This document shows, one piece after another, positions 19,862-28,789 of a stretch of DNA of 64,000 bases. The position numbers and the translations under genes are program-made. The notes under the pieces are model-generated. The model did not search any database. It was not told where the DNA came from and saw only the letters and a list, made by a program, of their open reading frames with translations. Each line of letters begins with the position of its first letter. The first letter of the stretch is position 1. Source of the DNA: Camelus dromedarius (Eukaryota); assembly GCF_036321535.1 (NCBI RefSeq), contig NC_087447.1, positions 372,001-436,000 on the forward strand, given 5' to 3'.

Positions 19862-22800
19862 CTGGGGGGGCGGAGCCTGAGAGGCGTCCTGGGCGGGGGC
19901 GGGGCCTGTAGGACGAGGGAGGGGCCGGGGCCTGTAGGACGAGCGAGGGGCCGGGGCTGCCGGGACCCCCGCGTCCGCACTCACCCGGACCTTGCATTCC
20001 TTCCTAGCCTGGCCGTCATCGAGGCCCGGCTTCGCCTCTGCGCAGGACAGTGATGGGGTGGGGTCGTCGCCGGCGCCCCCTCCTCGCTGTCCGCCCCCTC
20101 TCCACGTCCCTAACCCCCGGCGCCCTCACCGAGGATGGCGGGCAGGAGCTCTAGGTGGGTCTCGGCGCCCTCAGGTCGCACTGACACCTGCCGCTGGCAG
20201 AAGAGCTTGCTGGTGCTCAAGCTTGGCAGCTGGACCCGGGTCCTGGGGAGGGGAGAAGGGGTGGTGAGGGACAGAGACCACCCGCGGGAAAGGGTGGGCC
20301 TGGAGGGGCGGGACTTGGGGAGGTGGGGGGCCCGGAGAGGTCAGGAACGGGCCTAGCAGTGGGGTGGGGTCTTTGCTGATCGGGGCCTGTGGGGGAGGCA
20401 CGGACCGAGGAACCCAAGGTCCCCACACCGACTTCTGGCGCCCGGCCCGGGCCTCCCGCGCCCGGCCCTTTCGCGGGGGTCGAGGCTGGAGCCGTTGCCC
20501 GACGAAGTCGGCACCAGGCCTGGCCTCCAAGAGCGGAAAACGGTCGATGGACAAGTCGGTGTTGTCGGCGAAGACCTTCGAGACGGGGGGCCCGCAGTGC
20601 GGAGCCTGGTGCTCGCTGAGGACCTGCGGGGCCATGAGGGCATGGTGGTCACCCCTACCCCGCAAGGCCAACCCTGTCCTCGCGGGATCCGCACTGACCT
20701 CGCCTTGGAGGTTCAGAAGGAGGGTCACGCAGCCCCGGCTGGAGTGGAAGCGGACGGGCTCCCGGCCGAAGGAGGAGGACGGCTGTTGCTTGGTGCTGCC
20801 GGGCGCCTCGCCCCACACCTGGGAAGGGCGCGGGCGGCGGGTGAGGGGCGGCGGGGGCCGGGGCGGGGCCGCGAAGGGCGTGAGGAGCCGAACGCACCGT
20901 GACGTGGTGCTGTGGCGCCAGCAGGGTGCCAGGCGGGAAGCGGTACATGCACACAGGGAAGTCGCGCACCAGCTGCCGCAGCACGAAGCCGCTCAGGTCG
21001 GCAGTCTCCTCCAGCGACTGGTTGAGGATGCGCACGAACCTCTGGCGGCGGCTCACGGCCACGATCTTCAGGCAGGAGCCGGTGGGGCTGGGGCAGCAGC
21101 ACCGTGCAGAGAAGTTTGGCCACTCCAGCCCTGGTCCCGCTAGGAGACCCGCTCCCAGCGCCTGGAGGTGGGCGGGGTCCCCTTCTCACCTGAGACAGCG
21201 CCCGGGCTCCTGGGGGTGGGGATCCTCACTGGACTCCAGCACCTGGACTGTCTTGCCCTGCTGGCCCCAGTGGGTTTTCCGGAGATCTGCAGAGAGAAGG
21301 CCTGTCCGGGAGGGGGAGGGGGACCGCCCCAATGGAGCATCCACTGGGGACATCTCCTGTGAGGCCACACCTGGCCTGCAGCACCCTGAGGGTCCAGGCA
21401 GCAGAAGAGCAGTGCTGGGGGGTCAGATCCTGGGCAGGAGGGATAGCTGGACCATGGTGGCTGACGGAAGCAGAGACGTAGCTTGCTGTACTTGTTGGTG
21501 GGGGGGGGGATGGATTTGAGCCAGAGCACCAAGGCAATGGCAGGAGCCCTCCAAGACCACCCTAACCCCTAGGGATGGGGCTGGAGAGGCCCTCGACTGC
21601 CTGGCACCTGGCTACTATGAAGGCCTGGAGGCTGGGGGATGTCCTTTATAGCTTTGGGCAGAAATCACAGGCCTGGGGAGGGGGGAGCCACCAGAGGAGA
21701 CCCATCCCACTTCACCTTCAGATATTGCCTGACTGTCCTCGCAGAGGCTCCATGCCTGTGCTTCCATCTGCTCAGAAGTGCAGCCTGGTGCCTGGGGATG
21801 GTCACCTGTCACTTTCTGCACGCAATTACACGCAGCCAGCTGGCAGCTACTGGATTCGGAGCCAGTGCTCCCTGAACTGCTGGTGCCAACCAAGGGCAGG
21901 GAGCTCCACTGTACACTCTTGAGATGCTGTTCCCTGCGCCGACAGCACAGCTCCGAGCTCCGCTGGTCAGATAGTGTGGCTGGTGGGAGCTGTGGGGGCG
22001 GTGGGGCCCAAGGGCGCCTGTGGGCCAAGATCAGCTCGCTGTCCACGGCTCTGGCTCCTGGACACCAGCCCACCCCCACCCAACCTCCCCAAGGTGGGCA
22101 GAGCACACCAAGCTGTGGTCCCTATCCTGAGGACCTTGCATGGGGAAAGGGCTCATGGCTGGACAGAGATGGCCCCAGAGCCTTTTCTCTTCATCCCTAA
22201 CCCATCATACAGCTCAGAGAATGATGCTTGGAAGGTTTAAGTGACCTGTCCAGGGACACTAAAGGGTAGAACTGGGATTGTGGTCCACACCTGCCAAAGC
22301 AAGCCCTCTCCTTGCCCCTGGGGGGGTCCCCACACAGTGCAGTTACTTTTGATCTGAGTTGGACTCGATGTTGGTGAAGAGGTTGGGGTACTGGTGAGCG
22401 ATGCTGTTCCAGTCCACATCCTCCAGCCGGAAACTCTGGCCAAAAAGCAACAGATATGTGGCACTGCCCCCCCTGCTCCCACAGGATGGCAGAGCCATGA
22501 ACACACTTGGAGGGCTTGCTTACCTCCCCAGCAGTGGGGGCCTGATCGCTCTCAGAGAGGTCGCTGGGGTCCATCAGGGTCTCTGCAGTCACCACCTGCA
22601 AAAGGGGACAGGAGGCCACTGAGCAGGGGCTTGGGGGAAAGGGCACCCCTCCACCCAGCACAACTCTCCACTTTGACCTCACTAGCACCTGAGGCACACA
22701 ATTGCCAAGTGTCAGGTGGGTGGGACCACAGGGCTTGTAGTTCCTCCCAGTCCCAGACCAGCCAGGGCCCCCCAGCAGCACCAGTCTGAAGGAGACATGC

Positions 22801-24080
22801 CGGCTGTCCCAGGGAAAACCAAGGAGGGCGGGCTGAGTAGGGCAGGGCCCCAGGGGCACAGGCTCACCTCCACACTGCCCGTTGAAGATCTCAGTATGCG
22901 GCCCACCCAGGAGGAGCGGGCCAGCTGCAGGAGGCAGGACTTCCGGAGGGCCTGCAACTCGGCCTCCATCTGCTGCAGCGTGTTTCGCATCTGCAGCAGC
23001 CGCTCCTCCAGGCGTGCCTTCTCCTGCTCCAGGACAGCCCGTCGGTGGGCGGGGCCTTCTCCAGACCCTGGCCCCCAAGGCTACCCCTGCCTGGCCCCAG
23101 ACCCTCACCCCAGCTTGGGTCCCATGCCCAAGCCCTGGATTCCCCGACAGCCCTTACCAGCTGGGCCTGTTCCTTCTGCCCTTTCAACTGCAGAGTCAGC
23201 TTTTGGACCTGATTTTGCAGGAACTTTTCCTGACTGCGTGAGCTCCTGGGGGAAGGGGCAATCTCAGCGGCCACCCCCCGCCCCCCCCAGCAGCCAAGGA
23301 GGAGAGAAGGAGGAACTCCTCCTCACTGTCATTAGGGTTCTGAGGGCACAGACTGTGACTGGGTCAAGCTGTCAGACTCTGAAGAGGTCTGAGTCGGAGG
23401 TGGAGTCTAGGTTGGGTTTAGTACCCACCGAAATGCTCAGAGTTCGGGTCTAGGTGGGTTTACAGTATAGTGACTTCTTCAGGATTAGGTTGGGGATTAC
23501 GGTCAGGTAAGGACTGGGGCTAGAGTCCAGGTCTGGGCTGGGGTCAGGCTGGAGTGGGGCTCAGCAGTTGAGGTTGGAGTCAGACATAAACCAGGAGTTG
23601 GGCCAGGGCAGGGACTGGGTGGGGCCGGAGGACTAGGGCTTCACTGCTGACCTCTCAGGTGGAAGCCCAGCCACCTCCCGCAGGATATGGTAGTGCCGGC
23701 CATTCCGGGGGTTCTGGATGGCCCACCGCAGGGCCTGGATCTCCAGCTCCCGCTGCCCCCACAGCAGCCGCAGAGTGTGCGGGTCCAGGGACTCCGGGGC
23801 CAACCTGGAATGCCAGCGCCCCTTCCTCTTGATCGGACCCTGCTCTCTGGCTGGCCTGGCCCGAGTGGCTGACCACCCCCTCCCCTCCTTACTGCAGGTT
23901 GATGGAGAAGACCACCCTAGTGGAGCTACACTTGGTGTCCTGAGGGTGCGCAGGAGCCACCGGGTCAGCAGGTGCACCAGCTGGAGGCCCTATGTGGCCA
24001 CTGACAGGTTCTCGGTCCACCAGGACTGGGAGAGCCTCCTTCTCGGCTCCTTCAGCCTCCTGACAAGACTCGGGGGCCAT
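19730..24080 (-). CDS. LMNTD2: Lamin tail domain-containing protein 2 (C11orf35), 14 coding segments, about 658 aa
   Basis: Segments 24080-23893, 23804-23652, 23245-23158, 23023-22868, 22595-22524, 22435-22347, 22017-21716, 21286-21190, 21087-20898, 20818-20699, 20623-20433, 20242-20130, 20070-19985, 19861-19730. Shows a coiled coil (LDPHTLRLLWGQRELEIQALRWAIQN), the LTD (LKIVAVSRRQRFVRILN...YRFPPGTLLAPQHHVTVWGE) and C-terminal VALSVQSTAESRFGFRFLSCPP. The 20130/20070 junction is not canonical. Confidence 0.88.
19985..20070 (-). CDS. LMNTD2: LMNTD2 coding segment 13
   Basis: (G)DDPTPSLSCAEAKPGLDDGQARKECKVR|GTGAGT; there is no canonical AG at the homologous 5' boundary. Confidence 0.6.
20130..20242 (-). 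CDS. LMNTD2: LMNTD2 coding exon 12
   Basis: TRVQLPSLSTSKLFCQRQVSVRPEGAETHLELLPAIL; the 3' boundary is uncertain. Confidence 0.65.
20433..20623 (-). CDS. LMNTD2: LMNTD2 coding exon 11
   Basis: VLSEHQAPHCGPPVSKVFADNTDLSIDRFPLLEARPG...GRQ-K; phase-2 donor AA|GTCGGT. Confidence 0.82.
20699..20818 (-). CDS. LMNTD2: LMNTD2 coding exon 10 (LTD)
   Basis: VWGEAPGSTKQQPSSSFGREPVRFHSSRGCVTLLLNLQGE|GTCAGT. Confidence 0.9.
20898..21087 (-). CDS. LMNTD2: LMNTD2 coding exon 9 (LTD)
   Basis: PTGSCLKIVAVSRRQRFVRILNQSLEETADLSGFVLRQLVRDFPVCMYRFPPGTLLAPQHHVT|GTGCGT. Confidence 0.92.
21190..21286 (-). CDS. LMNTD2: LMNTD2 coding exon 8
   Basis: (D)LRKTHWGQQGKTVQVLESSEDPHPQEPGRCL-S|GTGAGA. Confidence 0.82.
21716..22017 (-). 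CDS. LMNTD2: LMNTD2 coding exon 7
   Basis: RPWAPPPPQL...KSVQWSSLPLVGTSSSGSTGSESSSC...SQAISE|GTGAAG. Confidence 0.8.
22347..22435 (-). CDS. LMNTD2: LMNTD2 coding exon 6
   Basis: SFRLEDVDWNSIAHQYPNLFTNIESNSDQ-K|GTAACT. Confidence 0.9.
22524..22595 (-). CDS. LMNTD2: LMNTD2 coding exon 5
   Basis: VVTAETLMDPSDLSESDQAPTAGE|GTAAGC. Confidence 0.9.
22868..23023 (-). CDS. LMNTD2: LMNTD2 coding exon 4
   Basis: EKARLEERLLQMRNTLQQMEAELQALRKSCLLQLARSSWVGRILRSSTGSVE|GTGAGC. Confidence 0.9.
23158..23245 (-). CDS. LMNTD2: LMNTD2 coding exon 3
   Basis: SSRSQEKFLQNQVQKLTLQLKGQKEQAQL|GTAAGG. Confidence 0.9.
23652..23804 (-). CDS. LMNTD2: LMNTD2 coding exon 2
   Basis: LAPESLDPHTLRLLWGQRELEIQALRWAIQN...VAGLPPER; GT-AG. 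Confidence 0.9.
23893..24080 (-). CDS. LMNTD2: LMNTD2 first coding exon (acceptor at 24100)
   Basis: MAPESCQEAE...VSGHIGPPAGAPADPVAP...SINL-Q; donor CA|GTAAGG. Confidence 0.8.
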
Positions 24081-24237
24081 TCTTGATGTTCTTGGGGGAG
24101 CTGAGAGGAGGGGTGGTGGGGCTGTCTGCCCTGCGTCCTGTGTGTGGGCACCCCTGCAGGGCTCTCCTTACACATGTGTGTGTACGACAGCCCCAAAGGG
24201 TGCCGCTGGCTCACAGGGCATCACCCTCCAAGAAGGG

Positions 24238-24275
24238 GTGTGCGTGTGTGTGTGTGTGCGTGCGCGCGTGTGCGC
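24238..24275. repeat. (GT)n/(GC)n alternating purine-pyrimidine tract, 38 bp
   Basis: Read directly from the sequence. Confidence 0.9.
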
Positions 24276-25649
24276 CCCACGGGACAGCAAACTGCCAGTT
24301 ACGTGGGTGTCCACATCTGCATGTTTCTGACCAGGCCAGGACAGCAGGTCACCCCCCACCAGGCTCCATGTCACCTGGGTATTCACACATTCCCTGTTGT
24401 CTCCTCCCTGTCACCCTGGCCCTCTAGGGCCCAAGCTCCTACCCCTCGGCCTAGAGCAAGGGCCCCCAGAGGTGCTAGTCCTCTGCCAGTCAGACCCAGG
24501 GTCCTCCCACAACATTCACCTGAGGCCTGAAATCCAAGCAGGCTTGGGGAGAGAAAGGCTCCGCAGTGTTGCCATGGATACTAGCACTCAGAGGGGAGGG
24601 GCTGTTTGTTACCAGGAGCTTCCTGGGCGACACCAGACCAGGGCCCCAAGTGAACCCTGGGCCCACCTCCTGGTCCAGCCTGAAGGAGCAGCTGTGAGAG
24701 GTCGAGCTACTGCCCAGCTAACCTCAGCAGGCCCAGAGGACACAGAGAGTGACTAACACGGCCTGCCATGGTCACCCACTCAGCACAACACCCCCAACCA
24801 ACCCTGGGGGAGGCTCCCACAGTCCCTCTCCAGCCTGGTATGGCAGTCGGTGGCTATTATCGGCATTGCTGCCCTGTGAGTGTGTCCACAAGTCAGTGGA
24901 TGGCACTCCAGGGCACGTGGACCTCACTGGGGCCTGAGCTGACTGAGGGGGTGGGGTGGGGAGGAGGAACCAGGGGAGATCCCAGAGAACCTGGGAGAGG
25001 GGCCTGCTGAGTGCTACCCAACAATGGGCCCCCATTTACTTAGGCCCAAGACAGAAGCCTCACCTTCTCCCCTGCCTCCATCACCTAAGCCACTGCAGGG
25101 GACCCTGGGGACACATATAATGATGATCATGGTTCCCTCCGCCCAGGTCAAAAGTAAGGCACCGGACATGATCCACAAGACCCATGCCCTCCTGCTTTGC
25201 CCCACCCCACCCCATCTTCATTCATTCACCATTCATTTGTTCAGGCTTTCAGCCTCTGCTCTTGTCGGGCTTGTGGTGGAAAGATGCCCTTGTGGCCCAG
25301 TGTGATTGGGGCAGACAGGCTCTGAAGGCCTTTGCTGCTGTTCCACACAGGTAGCATAGAAACTGTGAGAGACTCTGGCGGTGGTGCTGACTTGGGTTCT
25401 CCCGATGGAACAGCCGGACTGGCCGGCGGGGCAGAGGGGTGTGTCCACACTCGGGCAGGCATTGGGCCCCACTGGGGGCAGGAATTGGTGGGAGAAAGGA
25501 GCCTCACACAAAAGAGCCCAGGGCCTTTGTCCCAGGCAACCTCAGGTCGGCCCCTTCCCCCAAAAGAACTGTCAGTCTGGCCGCAGCCAGAGTGGCCGGT
25601 GGCCAACCAGCTCCACTCCCTCCAGCTATGAGCCCCGCCCCCCGACCCC

Positions 25650-26750
25650 TGTGCGTCCGACCTGGGTCTAACAGGGGGTGGGGAGGCTGTGGCCCCGCTG
25701 CTCCTCTGGACGCTGGCCGCGCTGGCGGGGTCCCAGGCCAGCGCCTCCTCTCTAGGCGAGAGACTCATCAGACTTGGCGGCATCTGCGGAAGTCGGCCCG
25801 GGAGCGCGGCGCCAGACACCTGCCCCACGCTCTGCCTGGGACCGCGGGCCGGGACGAGCTTCCGCGTTGTTTGCGTGATTGGGGCGTGCGTGGACCCGGG
25901 CTCTTGCAGCCCCTCCTGGCTGCCGAGCCCCGCCCACACCTGGGAGCCTCCGGGGGCGGGGCGGGCGGGGAGCCAATAGGGAGGGCCAGGGGCGAGACTC
26001 AGAGAAGGTGGCTAATGGGTGCTGGCGAGGGGCGGGCCATGCGCGCCGAGGAGCCAATGGGTGCTTGCGGGGCGGGGCACGCGGGCTGTGGGCCAATGGG
26101 GCGGCGGGCCGGGGCGCTCCCGCGGCACTGGAGGCGGCAGGTTGCGGCGGCGCCGGGCTCCCGGCAGCGGCCGGCTGGTTCCTGAGTTCCGGCGCCCCTC
26201 GAGCGCCTAGGTGAGCCTAGGTGAGCCGCGCCGGGCCCCAGAGCCTCTAGAACGCAAGGCGCAGCCCGGGACGGCAACTCCGACGGCAGGGCGCAAGCCG
26301 GGCCGGCGCCGAGGCCGCGCCGCACCTGCACCGCCGCGGGCCGGGACGGCGGCCTCGCGAACGAGCCCGGGGACGGGCGGGAGTGGGGAGGGGCCGCCCG
26401 CGCCGGGTGCGGTCTGTCCCAAGGGCCGAGGTCTGCGCGCGGGCGCCCCGCGGGAGGGGCTGTGCCTTACGAGCCAGGTGACCAGGTCTGGTTAATAACT
26501 CGCCCTGTTCCGGGAGTGGGGCGGGGCGAGAGCAGGCTTGGGAGTAGGGAAGCCTCTGAGCCCTGCGCGAGGGCACACTGCTTCGCCGCTTTTGGGGGAC
26601 GCGCGGGTCTTTACTACCCCACCCCCAGGAATGTGCGGCCTGCGGGTGGGGCTGGGCACCGGACGCTGAGGGGCAGCAGTCCTGAGCCAGTTCTGGGGGT
26701 GAGAAGCAGTCCTGGAAGAGGAAAAGAGGAGCCAGGCTGTGTTGGGGCCA
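25650..26750. promoter_or_regulatory. CpG island / bidirectional LMNTD2-RASSF7 promoter
   Basis: CpG-dense; CCAAT at 25973, 26054, 26093, CTAAT at 26012, ATTGG near 25878; multiple GGGCGG boxes; lies between head-to-head genes. Confidence 0.85.
26130..26220 (+). other. RASSF7: RASSF7 non-coding exon 1 (two tandem donors at 26210 and 26220)
   Basis: Downstream of the CCAAT array; ends in CCTAG|GTGAG twice. TSS approximate. Confidence 0.6.
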
Positions 26751-26795
26751 GGCAGGGCCTGACCCTGTGGCCTTCGCCCTCCCTGCAGGACAGGG

Positions 26796-26919
26796 ATGCT
26801 CTCAGGGCTGGCAGCCATGGAGCTGAAGGTGTGGGTGGACGGCATCCAGCGCGTGGTCTGTGGAGTTTCAGAGCAGACCACCTGCCAGGAAGTGGTCATC
26901 GCGCTAGCCCAAGCAATAG
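26796..26919 (+). CDS. RASSF7: RASSF7 coding exon 1 (acceptor 26788)
   Basis: [16 protein letters not shown]...LAQAI-G|GTGAGG. Confidence 0.94.
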
Positions 26920-28356
26920 GTGAGGCCCTGAGTCCCAGATGGGCCCAGCAGGTGCACTGGGGGTGGGGCCTGACCCTCTGGCCCTTCTTCCCCCAAGGAG
27001 GCTGGGGCTGGTGCTCATCCCTCTTGCCCCCCGACCCCAGCTGCTCAAGCCAGGTGGACAGAGGGTAGGGGATATGGGCTGACTGACACCTCCTCCTACC
27101 CTAGGCCAGACAGGCCGCTTTGTGCTGGTGCAGCGCCTCAGAGAGAAGGAACGGCAGCTGCTACCCCAGGAGTGCCCAGTGGGTGCCCAGGCTACCTGTG
27201 GACAGTTTGCCAGCGATGTCCAGTTTGTCCTGAGGCGCACAGGGCCCAGCCTTGCTGGGAGGCCCTCCTCAGACAACTGCCCGCCCCCTGAGCGCTGCCC
27301 AATCCGAGCCAGTCTCCCCCCGAAACCTCGACCAGCACTGGACCGTGAACCCCGCAAAGCGCTGACCTTCAGCCTGGGGTGCCCTGGCCTGGCCCCCGGC
27401 CCTGTGGCACCCGAGCCTGTGGCCCCCGTAGCATCACTGCCAGGTTGCTGCACAGATCTACAGGGCTTGGAGCAAAGGGTGCGGAGGAATGCAGCAGAGC
27501 TGGGCCAGGAGGCCTTCTGGGAGCAGGAGCTGCGGCGTGAGGAAGCCCGCGAGCGTGAGGGGCAGGCACGCCTGCAGGCGCTGAGTGTAGCCACTGCCGA
27601 GCATGCCGCCCGCCTGCAGGCCCTGGATGCCCAGGCCCGTGCCCTGGAGGCTGAGTTGCAACTGGTGGCAGAGACCCCTGGGCCCCCCTCACCCACGGTG
27701 TCTGCCTCGGAACGCCTGCGTCAGGACCTAGCAGCCCAGGAGCGGCAGAGAGTGGAGGTGCAGGGCAGCCTTGTCCTGGTGGGCCGGGCACTGGAGGCCG
27801 CCGAGCATGCGCTGCAGGTGAGCCCACTGGACCCCACACCCCTGCCAGTTTCCCTGATACATGGCTGGACTTGGATGTCAGTCTCTGGGGGATGTGGGAG
27901 GGCACAAGGCTGTGGAGCTCCCTGGGCAAGTCCCTGAGGGTCCCATATGCCCCAGGCCCAGGCCCAGGAACTGGAGGAGCTGAACCGGGAGCTCCGTCAG
28001 TGTGACCTGCAGCAGTTCATCCAGCAGACAGGGGCTGCACTGCCACCGCCCCCACGGCCGGACGGGGTTCCCCTCAGCACGCAGGTCAGAGCAGTACTGG
28101 AGGGAGGCCAGGTCGGTGGGGAGCCTGGCCCAGCTCCAAGCTGACTTGCTCTCCCCACAGGATCTTCTGCCTCCAGCCAGAGAAGAGCCCCTCACAGGAC
28201 CCCCCCGGAGTCCTGCCCTAGTGTCCAGTCTGAGCCCAGAGAGTATGTCTGTCCCCCCATCTCTGGGTGGGATGAGGCCCTCCTGTGGCCCTCTCAGCCC
28301 TCTCAGCCTGTGTCCTCCCCACAGTTGCCCCCATGAGGCAGAACTCCTGGAGGTAG
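26796..28356 (+). CDS. RASSF7: Ras association domain-containing protein 7, 5 coding exons, 359 aa
   Basis: Exons 26796-26919, 27105-27817, 27956-28084, 28161-28242, 28325-28356 (1080 nt). N-terminal RA domain [45 protein letters not shown], coiled coil, C-terminus [10 protein letters not shown]. Confidence 0.95.
27105..27817 (+). CDS. RASSF7: RASSF7 coding exon 2
   Basis: cctAG|[16 protein letters not shown]...LEAAEHALQ|GTGAGC. Confidence 0.95.
27956..28084 (+). CDS. RASSF7: RASSF7 coding exon 3
   Basis: [26 protein letters not shown]...PLSTQ|GTCAGA. Confidence 0.94.
28161..28242 (+). CDS. RASSF7: RASSF7 coding exon 4
   Basis: cacAG|[27 protein letters not shown]|GTATGT. Confidence 0.88.
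28325..28356 (+). CDS. RASSF7: RASSF7 last coding exon
   Basis: cacAG|(I)APMRQNSWR* with TAG at 28354-28356. Confidence 0.8.
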
Positions 28357-28783
28357 CAGTTCTTGCCCCAGACTGGACATCCACTGCCAGCCCAGCCCTG
28401 GATTCTGATGAGCGAAGGCAGCCAAGGCCAGCCCAGCCTGGACGACAGAAGAAGAGTCCGTGGTCGCAGAGGACTCCTTCCCCCATGTGGTGGGAAGCCC
28501 CGGTACCCTGGGTCTGAGACAGGACATCTCAGAGCCCTAGGATTTCTGCCACAGGGGGCAGGGGGAGACTGAGGACTCTCACCCTAGTCCTTGTCAAATC
28601 TGCCAAGACCCTCAGAGAAGCACGGGACATGGCCAGCTCAGAACTCACTAGGCCCCAAAGGCCACAGCTCCTTTTTGGAGACAGGAGGTGCACAGAACCC
28701 GTGTGAGTACATGCTTACCTGTGGGAGGTATCCTTCCCCACATGTGTGTGTGTGATGTCTCCCTACCCCAACACTAAAACCTC

Positions 28784-28789
28784 AGTAAA
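28784..28789 (+). terminator. Variant polyadenylation signal AGTAAA, probable for RASSF7
   Basis: About 430 nt after the stop; I saw no canonical AATAAA earlier in the UTR. Confidence 0.45.

Larger units (their letters stand above)
19620..21200. promoter_or_regulatory. Intragenic CpG island over LMNTD2 3' exons
   Basis: Dense unmutated CpG in both exons and short introns. Confidence 0.6.

Noticed and set aside
25650-25900. Human-type coding first exon of LMNTD2 (MRWLRPAGRRR)
   Set aside because: No matching ATG or frame found. The ATG at 24080 (MAPESCQE) gives a complete frame. I could not place exon 1 reliably.
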